Below are positions 30,007 to 42,076 of a stretch of 64,000 nucleotides of DNA, piece by piece. Source of the DNA: an uncultured Bacillales bacterium (GTDB lineage Bacteria; Bacillota_I; Bacilli_A; RFN20; CAG-288). The DNA lies in NCBI GenBank assembly GCA_905211645.1, contig CAJMBK010000001.1, positions 155,331 through 219,330 on the forward strand, in the 5' to 3' direction. A program made the position numbers and the translations under genes. The notes under the pieces were generated by a model. The model had not been told where the DNA came from and searched no databases. It saw only the letters and a program-made list of their open reading frames with translations. Positions within the stretch are counted from its first letter, which is position 1. Each line of letters starts with the position of its first letter.

Positions 30007-31455
30007 ATGGCAATTAAATTGAATAAATCCATCACAAAATTACATAAAGATTTGACTCATCTTAGAACTGATGCATTCACTTTGGAAAAATTTGCTGAAA
30101 AGAAAATTAGTAGAGATAAATATAACTGTTACGAATGCTTAACTTTCAATAGAGCAGATAATGCAGTTAGAAAAATTAAGCATATTGAAGAAGATGAATT
30201 TTTAAAAGGTATTCCTTACGTTATTAAAGATAACTATTCTACAAAAGGGTTTCCAACTTGTGCTTCATCAGAATCATTAAATGGTTACATTCCACTTTTT
30301 GATGCTGAAATCGTTCGTAGATTGGATAAAAAAGGTGCAATCATGGTTGCAAAAACATCCATGGACGAACTTGCAATGGGTGGTACTGGTACAACATCTC
30401 ATTTAGGTGTTACAAAGAACCCACTTGATACAACAAGAATTATTGGTGGTTCCTCATCAGGTAGTGCTGCAAGTTTACTTGCAGGTCACTGCACATTTGC
30501 AATCGGTTCTGACACTGGTGACTCTGTTAGAAAACCTGCTAGCTATGCTGGCTTAGTTGGTTTTAAACCTACATACGGATTAATTTCCCGTTACGGTTTA
30601 TTCGGTTTCGCACAATCTATGGATACAGTTGCTTACTTTACAACCAATGTTCTCGACTCTGCAATCTTAACCGATGCTTTAGCAGGTTATGATAAAAAAG
30701 ATGCTTCATCATATGCAGGAAAGTATGATAAAAACTTTATTAAATATGCAAAAGTTGGTGTTAAAAATAAGAAACTTTGTTACTTTGAAGATTTGATTGA
30801 AGCAATTGAAAATAAAGAAGTTGTTGAGAAATTCTACAAGTTAGTTGAAACTTTGAAATCAAATGGCTTCACAGTTGAAGGAGTAAAGTTTGGTACAACA
30901 TTGCTCAATGCAATTTACCCAACTTACATGATTCTTTCATGTGCAGAAGCTTCAAGTAACGATGCATGCTTAGATGGTATCAAGTATGGTCCATCAGGTG
31001 ATGCAGAAGAATTTGAAAACTATCGTGAAATGATGAAGAACAACAGAACCAAAGGTTTCTGCGAGATGATTAAGAGAAGATTCGTCATCGGTAGTTTCTC
31101 ACTTTTATCTGATAACAGATATGAAATTTTCGATAGAGCTCAAAAAGCAAGAGGTGCTATTGTTAGAAGAATGTATGAAATTTATTCTCAATACGACGCA
31201 CTTATTTTACCTGCTTCAGGTCACGTTGCTCCTAAGATTGAAGATGTCAGTTACTCATGGAGCACCACACCAGATTTCGTTGAAAATCATATGGCAATTG
31301 GTAACTTTGGCGGTTTCCCATCAATCACAATTCCATGGATGAAAGAAGATGCAACAAAGCTTCCAATCGGTGTCAACATCACATCACCAATCTTTACTGA
31401 TGCAATGTTATTAGGTATTGCTTCAAGTATCGAAAAACTTGTAAAGGAGGACTAA
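30007..31455 (+). CDS. gatA: Glutamyl/aspartyl-tRNA amidotransferase subunit A
   Basis: Amidase signature GGSSSGSAASLLAG. Start at MAIKL just after the gatC stop (the track start at 29950 lies inside gatC). Confidence 0.9.
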   Translation: MAIKLNKSITKLHKDLTHLRTDAFTLEKFAEKKISRDKYNCYECLTFNRADNAVRKIKHIEEDEFLKGIPYVIKDNYSTKGFPTCASSESLNGYIPLFDAEIVRRLDKKGAIMVAKTSMDELAMGGTGTTSHLGVTKNPLDTTRIIGGSSSGSAASLLAGHCTFAIGSDTGDSVRKPASYAGLVGFKPTYGLISRYGLFGFAQSMDTVAYFTTNVLDSAILTDALAGYDKKDASSYAGKYDKNFIKYAKVGVKNKKLCYFEDLIEAIENKEVVEKFYKLVETLKSNGFTVEGVKFGTTLLNAIYPTYMILSCAEASSNDACLDGIKYGPSGDAEEFENYREMMKNNRTKGFCEMIKRRFVIGSFSLLSDNRYEIFDRAQKARGAIVRRMYEIYSQYDALILPASGHVAPKIEDVSYSWSTTPDFVENHMAIGNFGGFPSITIPWMKEDATKLPIGVNITSPIFTDAMLLGIASSIEKLVKED

Positions 31456-31461
31456 ATTAAT

Positions 31462-32904
31462 ATGGAATTCACCCCTGTTATTGGTATTGAAATTCACGTT
31501 GAATTAAAGACAAAATCAAAAATGTTCTCTTCCGGACCAGTTACTTATGGTAAAAAGAGTAATTCACAAACAGTTTTATTCGATTTAGCCTATCCTGGTA
31601 CAATGCCTACAGTCAATAAAGAAGCAGTTAATTACGGTATTCAAATCGCAACTGCTTTGAATATGGATATTGCAAAAACACTTATTTTCGATAGAAAGAA
31701 TTACTTCTATTCAGATTTACCTAAAGGTTTCCAAATCACTCAACAACAATATCCAATCGGTTCCGATGGTTATTTAACTATTGAACTTGATGATGGTACA
31801 ACAAAGCAAATTGGTGTTGAAAGAGCACACTTGGAAGAGGATACTGCAAAGCAACTCCACTTCCCAACTTACACTCTTTTAAACTACAATCGTGCTGGCA
31901 CACCATTAGTTGAAATTGTTTCTCGTCCAGAGATGCACTCAGCTGAAGAAGCAAGTAAGTACGTTGAAGTTATCCACCAAATCATTACCTTTTTAGGTGT
32001 TTCCGATGGTAAGATGGAAGAAGGTTCCATGCGTTGTGACGTCAACATTTCCTTGATGCAAAAAGGTAGTAATGTTTTCGGTACCAAAGTTGAATGTAAG
32101 AACTTGAACTCAATTGCTAATGTTAGACAAGCAGTTGATTATGAAATTAAGAGACAAAGTGAACTTTTGGAACAAGGCTTACCTGTTATTCAAGAAACAA
32201 GAAGATTCAACGATTCCAAGGGTATCACTGAAGTTATGCGTCAAAAATCTGATGCAGTCGACTACAAGTACTTCAGAGAAAATAACATCGCCCCAATCGA
32301 TTTATCCGATAGTTTTGTAAATCAATGTATCGCTTCTATGAAAGTTTTGCCTTGGGAATATAAGGAAAGATTTAAAGAGTTAGGTCTTTCAAGATATGAA
32401 ATTGGTGAACTTTTGCTCGATAAAGAGAATGTATTCTTCTTCACATCAGTTCTTGAATTAGGAGTTAAAGATCCTAAGATTCTCTGGAACTTATTGATGG
32501 GTGAGATTATGTCTTACTGCAATAAGAAGGAGATTCATTTGAATGAACTCGAAGTAAATAAACAGTATATTTGTGACTTAGCAAATGTCATTTCTTCAAA
32601 TAAAATTTCCTTTAAGCAAGCAAAAGATGTTTTACAAGTTGTCTTGAATGAAGACAAAGATCCTGCTGAAGTTATCGCTGCTTTAGGTTTAGAACAAGTT
32701 AACGATGATAAAGTTATCAAAGAGATTGTTGATAAAGTCTTGGCAGAAAATACTCAATCCATCAAAGACTTCTTAAATGGTAAAGATAGAGCACTTGGTT
32801 ACATCGTTGGTCAAGTTATGAAAGCAAGCAAAGGTAAAGTTAACCCATCAATTGCTAAAGAATTAGTTGTTGCTGGTATTGAAGAATATAAGAAAAATGC
32901 CTAA
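31462..32904 (+). CDS. gatB: Glutamyl/aspartyl-tRNA amidotransferase subunit B
   Basis: N-terminus MEFTPVIGIEIHVEL and overall GatB architecture, 480 aa. Confidence 0.9.
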   Translation: MEFTPVIGIEIHVELKTKSKMFSSGPVTYGKKSNSQTVLFDLAYPGTMPTVNKEAVNYGIQIATALNMDIAKTLIFDRKNYFYSDLPKGFQITQQQYPIGSDGYLTIELDDGTTKQIGVERAHLEEDTAKQLHFPTYTLLNYNRAGTPLVEIVSRPEMHSAEEASKYVEVIHQIITFLGVSDGKMEEGSMRCDVNISLMQKGSNVFGTKVECKNLNSIANVRQAVDYEIKRQSELLEQGLPVIQETRRFNDSKGITEVMRQKSDAVDYKYFRENNIAPIDLSDSFVNQCIASMKVLPWEYKERFKELGLSRYEIGELLLDKENVFFFTSVLELGVKDPKILWNLLMGEIMSYCNKKEIHLNELEVNKQYICDLANVISSNKISFKQAKDVLQVVLNEDKDPAEVIAALGLEQVNDDKVIKEIVDKVLAENTQSIKDFLNGKDRALGYIVGQVMKASKGKVNPSIAKELVVAGIEEYKKNA

Positions 32905-33673
32905 TAATAATCCTTTAATTGAATGGACTGACTCTTTGAAAGAATCATTTTTTGCAAATTTCTGCGACTATGATTTTCCTTTCAAAGGAGTTAAAGTTCT
33001 TTATAATTCCAAATATCCGACATTGGATATTTGCAACAGAATTATCATCACGAAAGAACCTGATTTAAGTTCATTTGATTTTAATGCTGATTACTCTAAA
33101 AGAATTATTTCTTTTCAACATAGAGATAAATTAGATTTGGCTAAGATTAAAGCTACTTTATCTAATTATTACATTGAAGATGAATTAATTAAATTTGCTT
33201 TTGGATTGAAGGAAGCAAAATTAGTTAGTCCTAAACTTGATGAAAACATTTCATTCGGTTTTCTTGAAACAGAAAAGTTCTTCTACATCGATGAGTTTTA
33301 TGAGAAGAATATGAGCGAATATTATCCTCATGCTTCTTTAGATGAAATGAAATTATTTGATCAAGAATTTATTAATAGCCATGAAGCTTTCAAGAAATTA
33401 GTAATGATCACAGGCGATAAAATTGTTGCTGCTGCAACAATATATATGCATGAAGGATTAGTTTATTTTTATGATTTGTGTGTTGATAAAGAGTTCAGAG
33501 ATGATAAGAATTTAAGAGTTAATTTCTTTATCTTCTTTGCAAATTTGTTTAAACAGTACGGTTTTTATGGAATTTACACGGAAGTTTTAAAAAGCAATAA
33601 ATCGCTTAGTAAATTCTACAAGGAATTAGGTTTTCAAAAGTTTGATTCCGAACCTGTATTAATCAGAAAATAA
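32898..33673 (+). CDS. Putative GNAT-family N-acetyltransferase (tentative)
   Basis: C-terminal acetyl-CoA-binding-like segment (VAAATIYMHEGLVYFYDLCVDKEFR). ATG overlaps the gatB stop. Weak call. Confidence 0.3.
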
Positions 33674-33694
33674 ATTGTTGTTATCGTAAATTTT

Positions 33695-33726
33695 GCAACC
33701 TATGATGATGTAGGTTGCTTTTTATT
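33695..33726 (+). terminator. Intrinsic terminator after the gatCAB/GNAT operon
   Basis: GCAACCTAT...TAGGTTGC followed by TTTTTATTT. Confidence 0.6.
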
Positions 33727-33913
33727 TGGAAAGTAAAATTTTTGAGAGAATTGAGACGTTTTGACTTTTTGTATGTAAACTTTTTACAGTATAGTTTGGT
33801 TTATGCTTCAAATTCTCTAAAGTCAGTAGAAGATCTGGAACAGTTGTTGGAGTCTTCAATAGCGTCAGTAAAGATAACAAACTCATTCAAGGTTAATTCT
33901 TATAGATACTAAG

Positions 33914-35130
<1,217 letters not shown>

Positions 35131-35131
35131 G

Positions 35132-36223
35132 ATGGAAGAAAAGAAAACAACTTTAGTTAATGGTAAAAAGTTTGATTATGATGTTTATTCTCTAGATGAA
35201 TATGATTATCCACTAGATGAAAAATTGATTGCACAATCTCCAGCAGATAAGAGAGATCAATCTAGACTCTTAGTTATGAATAGAGATACTGGTGAATTAA
35301 AAGACCAACACTTCTACGATATCGTTAACTATTTTAGAAAAGGGGATGTCCTAGTAAGAAATAACACCAAAGTTATTCCAGCAAGATTATTCGGTGTTAA
35401 AGAAGAAACTGGTGCTCATGTTGAAGTTTTGCTTTTAAATGAATCCAAAGAAGAAAAAGATCTTTGGGAATGCTTATGCGGTAATGCAAAAGTAATTAAA
35501 GTTGGTGCAACACTTTCTTTCGGCAACGGTGAATTAAAAGCATTATGCGAAAAAATTGGTGAAGAAGGAATCAGATATTTACGTTTTAAGTACGATGGAA
35601 TCTTCTTAGAGGTTCTTGATAAATTAGGTAAGATGCCATTACCACCTTACATTAAGAATCAACTTTCACCAAACGATAGATATCAAACAGTTTACGCAAA
35701 AATTGAAGGTAGTGCTGCTGCTCCAACAGCTGGATTCCACTTCACTGATGAGATTTTTGAAAAGTTAAAGGAAATTGGTGTAGAGATTTTAGACGTTACT
35801 TTACACGTTGGTTTAGGAACTTTTAGACCTGTTAAAGAATCAAATATTTTGAATCATCATATGCACAGTGAATTCTTCATGATGAATGAATACACTGTAG
35901 AAAGATTGAATTTAGCAAAGAAAGAAGGTAGAAGAATCATTGCTGTTGGCACAACTTCCACCAGAACTTTGGAAACAGTTATCCATAAATATGGAAAGTT
36001 TGTCTGCTGCCAAGGTGACACAAATTTATTCATCTATCCTGGTTTTGAATATCAAGCAGTTGATTGCTTAATCACAAATTTCCACTTACCAAAATCCACA
36101 TTGATGATGCTTGTTTCAGCATTTTCAACTAGAGAAAATATCTTAAATGCTTATAATCATGCTGTAAAGGAAGAATACAGATTCTTCTCTTTCGGTGATG
36201 CAATGTTTATTTATAAAGACTAA
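35132..36223 (+). CDS. queA: S-adenosylmethionine:tRNA ribosyltransferase-isomerase
   Basis: QueA conserved regions ([25 protein letters not shown]). 364 aa. Confidence 0.9.
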   Translation: MEEKKTTLVNGKKFDYDVYSLDEYDYPLDEKLIAQSPADKRDQSRLLVMNRDTGELKDQHFYDIVNYFRKGDVLVRNNTKVIPARLFGVKEETGAHVEVLLLNESKEEKDLWECLCGNAKVIKVGATLSFGNGELKALCEKIGEEGIRYLRFKYDGIFLEVLDKLGKMPLPPYIKNQLSPNDRYQTVYAKIEGSAAAPTAGFHFTDEIFEKLKEIGVEILDVTLHVGLGTFRPVKESNILNHHMHSEFFMMNEYTVERLNLAKKEGRRIIAVGTTSTRTLETVIHKYGKFVCCQGDTNLFIYPGFEYQAVDCLITNFHLPKSTLMMLVSAFSTRENILNAYNHAVKEEYRFFSFGDAMFIYKD

Positions 36224-36226
36224 TTC

Positions 36227-36901
36227 ATGGAAAATAAATCAAAAAATTACTACTTAGAAGAGTTCAATAAGTTGATAGATAATGTTAAAAATCTAGATTA
36301 CAAACCTAGATTACTTTTGCATTGCTGTTGTGGACCTTGTGCAACTTATCCTGTCTCTATCTTGTATAAATATTTTGATTTAACTTTGTATTATTCGAAT
36401 CCAAATATCTATCCAATTGAAGAGTATGATAGAAGATTTGAAACTTTGAAAAGATTTATTGAAGAGTATTCAGCAAAGCATGGTTTCACTTATGAATTGA
36501 TTAAAGAAAACGACGATTTTGAAACTTATCAAGAACTTTTCAAACCTTATAAAGATGATAAAGAAGGTGGGAATCGCTGCCTTTATTGCTACAAATATCG
36601 TATTGAAAAAGGTTATAAGTACGCTAGCGAACATGGGTTTGATTACTACACAACAGTCATGACAGTTTCCGCTAAAAAACCTAGTTCAATGCTTAATGAA
36701 ATTGGTTTAGAACTTAATAAAAAGTATCCAAATACCACATATTTAGTTTCGGATTTTAAAAAGGAAAATGGAACTTTAATCGGTATTCAAATTGCTAAAG
36801 AATATAAGATGTACCGCCAAGATTACTGTGGGTGTATTTACTCATTAAATAATAGAATAGCTTATTTAAAAAGAAAAGAGGAAGAATTGAATGAAATCTA
36901 A
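36227..36901 (+). CDS. queH: Epoxyqueuosine reductase QueH (DUF208)
   Basis: LLLHCCCGPC Cys cluster plus CLYCY and DYCGC, characteristic of QueH/DUF208. Sits in a tgt-queA context. Confidence 0.75.
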   Translation: MENKSKNYYLEEFNKLIDNVKNLDYKPRLLLHCCCGPCATYPVSILYKYFDLTLYYSNPNIYPIEEYDRRFETLKRFIEEYSAKHGFTYELIKENDDFETYQELFKPYKDDKEGGNRCLYCYKYRIEKGYKYASEHGFDYYTTVMTVSAKKPSSMLNEIGLELNKKYPNTTYLVSDFKKENGTLIGIQIAKEYKMYRQDYCGCIYSLNNRIAYLKRKEEELNEI

Positions 36902-37913
36902 GAAAGTTATCATTGATTGTGATCCTGGAATTGATGATTCTTTAGCTTTAATCTACGCTTTGAATAATCCTAATTTCGAAGTTATTGCAATTAGTTTGGT
37001 TGCAGGTAATGTTGCACCCGAAAAAGGCAAAGATAATGTTTTTAGAGTTCTTGAACTTTTAGATAGAACAGATATTCCAGTTTGGTATGGAGCCGAAAAG
37101 CCACTTAAAGTTGAATACACTTCAGCTGAGGATACTCATGGTCAAGATGGTTTAGGTGAAACTTTTATTCCTGTTAACAATGAACATAAATTAGTTCCTT
37201 GGGATAGAAATAAAACTTTATTTACCACTTTTTTAGATTATGGAGAAAATGTTTCTTTTATCACTCTTGGACCACTTACAAATATGGCGCACTTCTTTGG
37301 TCAATTTCCTGGATTTATGTCGTCTGTTGTCGATTTTACAATGATGGGTGGTAACTACAAATCACATGGTAATTGCTCTCAACTTGCTGAGTACAATTTC
37401 TGGTGTGATCCTGATGCTGCAGAATACATGTTTCCAGTTTTTAGCCATTCAAATAAGAAAGCTACAGTTGTTCCTTTAGATGCAACAAGAAAGATTGTTT
37501 TAACAGATAAAATCATTGATTTGATTAAAAATTTCAATCCAAAAATTGGTGATTTCATCTATAAAATCACAAGATTTTACATGGATTTCCACAAGAAATA
37601 TGAAAGAATTGATGGTTGTGTAATCAACGATCCATTAGCTATTTCAATTGCAATTCATCCAGAATTTGTCATTAAGACAATCAACGCTTATGTCGATGTT
37701 GTCACAGAAGGCAAAGCAAGAGGTGTCATGCTTGTTGATAAGATGAATTTCTATCATAAAAGAAGAAATGCAAGATTAGTTTTAGATATTGATGTAGAAA
37801 AATTCTTTACCGATTACATTGCAACAATCTGCCAAGTTAGTGAAGAAGAAGTTATCAAAGAAGCAAAAGCTAGAAAGATTAATTTCAACTACAAATATCC
37901 TTACGAGATTTAA
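36891..37913 (+). CDS. Nucleoside hydrolase (IUNH family); candidate queuosine hydrolase (QueK-like)
   Basis: N-terminal Ca-binding motif IIDCDPGIDDSLAL (DxDxxxDD). Immediately downstream of queH and overlapping its stop. Confidence 0.75.
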   Translation: MKSKKVIIDCDPGIDDSLALIYALNNPNFEVIAISLVAGNVAPEKGKDNVFRVLELLDRTDIPVWYGAEKPLKVEYTSAEDTHGQDGLGETFIPVNNEHKLVPWDRNKTLFTTFLDYGENVSFITLGPLTNMAHFFGQFPGFMSSVVDFTMMGGNYKSHGNCSQLAEYNFWCDPDAAEYMFPVFSHSNKKATVVPLDATRKIVLTDKIIDLIKNFNPKIGDFIYKITRFYMDFHKKYERIDGCVINDPLAISIAIHPEFVIKTINAYVDVVTEGKARGVMLVDKMNFYHKRRNARLVLDIDVEKFFTDYIATICQVSEEEVIKEAKARKINFNYKYPYEI

Positions 37914-37915
37914 TT

Positions 37916-38629
37916 ATGAATTCATGCATTATTGATAATATCCCACGTTATTCCAAAGTTATTGGAAAAACTGATAGAGAAATTGTTCTTTTAAAGAGTT
38001 TACCTTGTGCTTATGGTAAATGTGCTTTTTGCGACTACATTTTGGATAACGAAGTTGATAGAAATGACATCATTGAAAAGAATAGAATTATTCTTTCTCA
38101 TGTAACTGGAGAATTTGGTTGTTTAGAAACAATCGATTCAGCTTCATTTTTCGATTTGCCTGATGAAACAATTTTAGATATCAAGAATATTGTTGAAGAG
38201 AAAAAGATTAAGAAATTATTCTTAGAATCTCACTACATGTACAAGAATAAAATTCAAAAACTTCGTGATTTCTTTGGAATTGAAATTGTTGTTAAAATTG
38301 GAATCGAATCATTTGATGAAAAGTTTAGAAATGATTTCTTGAAGAAAGGAATTTTCTTCAAATCTGTAGAAGAACTTAAAAAGAATTTTGATTCACCATG
38401 TTTAATGGTTGGAATTAAAGGTCAAACTAAAGAGATGATTGCAAATGATATTAAAATTCTTGAAGAAAACTTCAATTACGGAACAATAAATGTCTACTGC
38501 AACAACTCCACTCCAATTAAAAGAGACGATGAACTTGTTAAATGGTTCATGGAAAATTATTCATACTTAAAAGAGGATAAGAGATTTGATTTTCTTTATG
38601 AAAATACAGATTTCGGTGTTGGAAACTAA
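37916..38629 (+). CDS. Radical-SAM-like protein with a variant Cys motif (CxxxxCxxC); candidate queuine-lyase-like (QueL-like) enzyme
   Basis: LKSLPCAYGKCAFCDY resembles a radical-SAM cluster loop but with 4 residues between the first two Cys rather than 3. About 237 aa. Last gene of the tgt-queA-queH-hydrolase string. Family not verifiable here. Confidence 0.35.
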   Translation: MNSCIIDNIPRYSKVIGKTDREIVLLKSLPCAYGKCAFCDYILDNEVDRNDIIEKNRIILSHVTGEFGCLETIDSASFFDLPDETILDIKNIVEEKKIKKLFLESHYMYKNKIQKLRDFFGIEIVVKIGIESFDEKFRNDFLKKGIFFKSVEELKKNFDSPCLMVGIKGQTKEMIANDIKILEENFNYGTINVYCNNSTPIKRDDELVKWFMENYSYLKEDKRFDFLYENTDFGVGN

Positions 38630-38665
38630 AAATGGCTATAGAGGATTTCTCTATAGCTCTTTTTA

Positions 38666-39493
38666 TCAGTTTATTTTGTAGAGTTTTTGAATTTTCTTAT
38701 AGACTCTTTTTGCTTGCTTTGGATTTTGGCAGTTGATTGTAATCTTAGTGCCTTCCATAGCAATTTTCATATTGTTTTTCTTGGTATTAAGTAAGGTGTT
38801 AACCTTGAATTCGATGTCTCTGACGGAGAGATTCTCTTCAATAATTTCTTTAAGTAATGAGATTTGTTGCTCAGGTTTTAAAGATAAAAGTGGTCTAGCC
38901 TTTGTGTAAGTAATTTGATTATTAATCAAAGACTTAATGACAGGTTCAGAGAGATTTAAAATTCTCATGAGATTGAGAATTTGAGAATAACTGATACCAG
39001 TAATTTGACTTAAACCAGCATTTTTAATCTTATATTTGGATGAGAATTGCTTCAAAGCATAAGCGATGATTAAGGAATTATCTTCATTTCTGATGGTGTT
39101 CATGAGGATGAATTCATCAACTTGTCTTTGAGTAACATTTTCAATAATAGCAACCTTAACCTGATCCATATGCATCTTTTTAAGGAGCAAATATCTCTTT
39201 GTTCCGTTTAAAAGGAGATATTTATCTGCATACTTAGACTTATCTCTGTAGATAAGAAGTGGTTCAACAATTCCGTTATTTCTGATATCAGCTTCATCAG
39301 CGTATAAGTCATCAAGGTTGTAATAAGCTTTGTTGATCATATTTGATAAGTAGATCTTGGAGATACTTATTTCAACATTTCTGTAAGTTGTGAGGTTATT
39401 TTCAATCTTAGAAACAACGTCAGAAGGTTTATATTTTTTAAGTAAATCTTCTAATGTATTATTGATGAGAACGTTTTTCTTTGTCCTTGACAT
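38666..39493 (-). CDS. ParB/Spo0J-like protein (ParB N-terminal nuclease-like domain + HTH)
   Basis: Downstream of and overlapping a ParA gene. HTH-like segment LSQITGISYSQILNLMRIL. The ParB GERR box is degenerate (LLNGTKRY). Confidence 0.55.
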   Translation of the reverse strand: MSRTKKNVLINNTLEDLLKKYKPSDVVSKIENNLTTYRNVEISISKIYLSNMINKAYYNLDDLYADEADIRNNGIVEPLLIYRDKSKYADKYLLLNGTKRYLLLKKMHMDQVKVAIIENVTQRQVDEFILMNTIRNEDNSLIIAYALKQFSSKYKIKNAGLSQITGISYSQILNLMRILNLSEPVIKSLINNQITYTKARPLLSLKPEQQISLLKEIIEENLSVRDIEFKVNTLLNTKKNNMKIAMEGTKITINCQNPKQAKRVYKKIQKLYKIN

Positions 39494-40256
39494 AGTTTAC
39501 GACCTCTTTTGCTAATTGATTGTAGGCAATTGATCCTTTTGCATTTGGCTTATAAAAATTGACTGGAATACCTCTAGCACTTCCTTCGGGAATTGAAGAG
39601 TTTCTTGGAACGATGGTCTTAAAAGTTTTCTCTTTGAAATTCTTATAAACTTGAGTGGTGATTTCTGTTGAGATTGTAGTTTTTGCATCGTACATTGTGA
39701 GTAAGAAACCAGCAATATCTAAGTTAGGATTAGTTTCTACTTTAATTTGGTTGATGACAGAAAGAATTTGAGCGACTGCAACTAAGGCAAAATATTCACA
39801 TTGAATTGGAATTAAAACTGAGTTTGCAGCATTTAAAGCATTAAGTGATAAAAATGAAAGTGAAGGTGGGCAATCAATAATTACATAGTCGTAATTATTT
39901 TTAATTTCATCCTGTTCAATCACTTTCTTTAAAAGTAAATTTGGTTCTTCAATCATCTGATTTTTAACGATTGATTCAAGAGCAGCTAAGTTTAAATTTG
40001 CAGGGATTAAATCTAAATTTTCAATGGATGTGTTGATGATGTAATCTTTAACATTCTCTGGATCTAACATCAACATATCGATAGTTTTATCCTGTAAAGT
40101 AGGATCAACATTAATACCTTGAGAACAATTTCCTTGTGGATCTAAATCTATAAGCAAAACCTTATACTTATCGTTTGATAAGCATGAAGCAAGATTAATA
40201 CTTGTGGTGGTTTTTCCGACGCCACCTTTCTGATTTGCGATTGCGATAATTTCCAT
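39459..40256 (-). CDS. ParA/Soj-family ATPase
   Basis: Deviant Walker A IANQKGGVGKTTTSINLA. Confidence 0.85.
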   Translation of the reverse strand: MEIIAIANQKGGVGKTTTSINLASCLSNDKYKVLLIDLDPQGNCSQGINVDPTLQDKTIDMLMLDPENVKDYIINTSIENLDLIPANLNLAALESIVKNQMIEEPNLLLKKVIEQDEIKNNYDYVIIDCPPSLSFLSLNALNAANSVLIPIQCEYFALVAVAQILSVINQIKVETNPNLDIAGFLLTMYDAKTTISTEITTQVYKNFKEKTFKTIVPRNSSIPEGSARGIPVNFYKPNAKGSIAYNQLAKEVVNYVKDKEKRSHQ

Positions 40257-40286
40257 AAGTTTATAAATTATAGCAATTTTGATGTC

Positions 40287-41792
40287 CTATTCGGACTTTT
40301 TCTTTAAGTCTAAAGGAGCTGAATTTTGTTCTTCAATTGTTTCGATTTTGATATTTTTCATCTTACCAAGATGGATGTATCTAATCATTGGATAGAATAA
40401 GCAAATGTCTGCGGCAATCCATGCTAAGCAGTCGGAGAAACTAACTCCAATAAAAGCAGCACTTGAAACTAAATTATCAGGTGAGACCCATTGTGGAATG
40501 TAAATTGAAATGACTGTTCTAGCAACTAATTCGGCAACACCAGCGATAAATGGGTAGAAAGATTTCTCTAAACCTTGAATTGAGTTTCTGCAGATAAAGA
40601 GCAAGGAGAGAATGTAGTAGAAAGGTAGTGTGCAGAACATATAGTATGTTCCGTAGAAAATTGTACTTTCGCTGACTGCATCTCCTTGAATGAATAAATA
40701 GAGATAAGCACCGTTAATACAGAGTAAAAATCCTAAAACTTGAACCAATAAAGTGGCGATTAAACCGAGTATATATGCTTGTAAACAACCTTGTTTAATT
40801 CTTTCAAATTGCTTGTTGCCTAAGTTTTGAGAAACGTAGGAAATCATAGCAGTACCGATTGCATTTAAAGGTGAAAATAAGAATTGAGTAAACTTACTAG
40901 CAGCACCATAACCATCTTGAGCTGCGTGCAATGATGTACCTAAATCGAATTTAACAATTGCACCTTGTAAGGTGATTAATCCAATTGCAAGAATGGAGAA
41001 TTGGAAGCCTAATGGTAAACCCGATTTAATATGTTCATATGTAAATTTCCAATCAATAGCAAAATCTTTTCTTGAAAGTCTAAGTTGAGGGTAGTAAATA
41101 AAGGTGAAGATAAAACAACCGATAGCAGCGGCAGCTTGAGCAACAATTGTCGCAATTGCAGCGCCTGCAACACCTAAAATTTCTGTTGGCATGAATTTGA
41201 CAAAGATGATGTCTAAAACGATATTTAAGATTGAGGATGCAATTAAGAAGACAAGTGGAATGATACTATCACCGATTGCTCTTAATACTGAACAGATTAA
41301 GTTGTAGAAAACTTGTCCGATTAATCCACCGAAGATGATAGTGATATAAACATAAGCTGCTTGGTAGGTTACCATGTCATTTTCTGGAGTAACTTGAACC
41401 AAACTCAATAAAAAATTAGTAGCTAAAATTGCAGCAATAGTTAAAACAATTGAAATAATTAAAGATACCCAAATGGAGATTGCAAATGATTTTCTTATAC
41501 CATTTATATCTCTTTTACCAACCATCTTTGAGGTTAAAACTGAGAAACCTGCAGTAGCACCAAAGGCAAATTGCAAGATGATGAATGAAAGTGAAGAAGT
41601 GTCGGAGACACCAGCGAATTGGTTTGGCAAGTTAAGACCGACGATCATACTGTCTGCCATTGCGTAAATTTGTTGAAATAAATATGAGATAAAAATAGGT
41701 AATGCGAAGTAGAGAATTACCTTCCATGGTTTGCCTTTTGTTAAATCGATAGGCTGAAATAAATTTAATAATTTTTCCTTTAAGCTTTTCAT
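40287..41792 (-). CDS. MATE-family efflux transporter (12 TM)
   Basis: About 500 aa polytopic membrane protein. N-terminal MATE-like pattern (ALPIFISYLFQQIYAMADSMIVG). Confidence 0.55.
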   Translation of the reverse strand: MKSLKEKLLNLFQPIDLTKGKPWKVILYFALPIFISYLFQQIYAMADSMIVGLNLPNQFAGVSDTSSLSFIILQFAFGATAGFSVLTSKMVGKRDINGIRKSFAISIWVSLIISIVLTIAAILATNFLLSLVQVTPENDMVTYQAAYVYITIIFGGLIGQVFYNLICSVLRAIGDSIIPLVFLIASSILNIVLDIIFVKFMPTEILGVAGAAIATIVAQAAAAIGCFIFTFIYYPQLRLSRKDFAIDWKFTYEHIKSGLPLGFQFSILAIGLITLQGAIVKFDLGTSLHAAQDGYGAASKFTQFLFSPLNAIGTAMISYVSQNLGNKQFERIKQGCLQAYILGLIATLLVQVLGFLLCINGAYLYLFIQGDAVSESTIFYGTYYMFCTLPFYYILSLLFICRNSIQGLEKSFYPFIAGVAELVARTVISIYIPQWVSPDNLVSSAAFIGVSFSDCLAWIAADICLFYPMIRYIHLGKMKNIKIETIEEQNSAPLDLKKKSE

Positions 41793-42076
41793 ACTTCAAA
41801 GAATATAGAACTATCAATTTATACTTTCAAGAAGAAATTTTATGAAATCGCTTTTAATTTTTATGGCACTTTTATCGATGTATCTTTTTGTCGCTAGAAT
41901 GATCGTTTGTAATATTAATAGGGAAAATATTATTCCTATTATCTTATTTAGAAAATATTGTTTATTTTATTCTTTGAATATCATTTTTCTTTTTAGTAAA
42001 ATTTAAACCGATATTCTTGCGAAAAGTAATTTTTTGCAATGAATAAATTTTTAACTTTAACTTAGGAGGTTAATAC

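Noticed and set aside
33715-33912. 65-aa ORF in the tgt leader
   Set aside because: It overlaps the terminator of the upstream operon and the putative regulatory leader, and has no RBS. More likely non-coding leader RNA.
38666-40256. parA/parB-like pair as a marker of the replication origin or of a plasmid/ICE
   Set aside because: No dnaA, dnaN, rsmG, DnaA-box cluster or conjugation genes are adjacent. The pair sits between a MATE transporter and a que-salvage gene. It is more likely a chromosomal soj/noc-like pair or an orphan partition module, and cannot be resolved from sequence alone.
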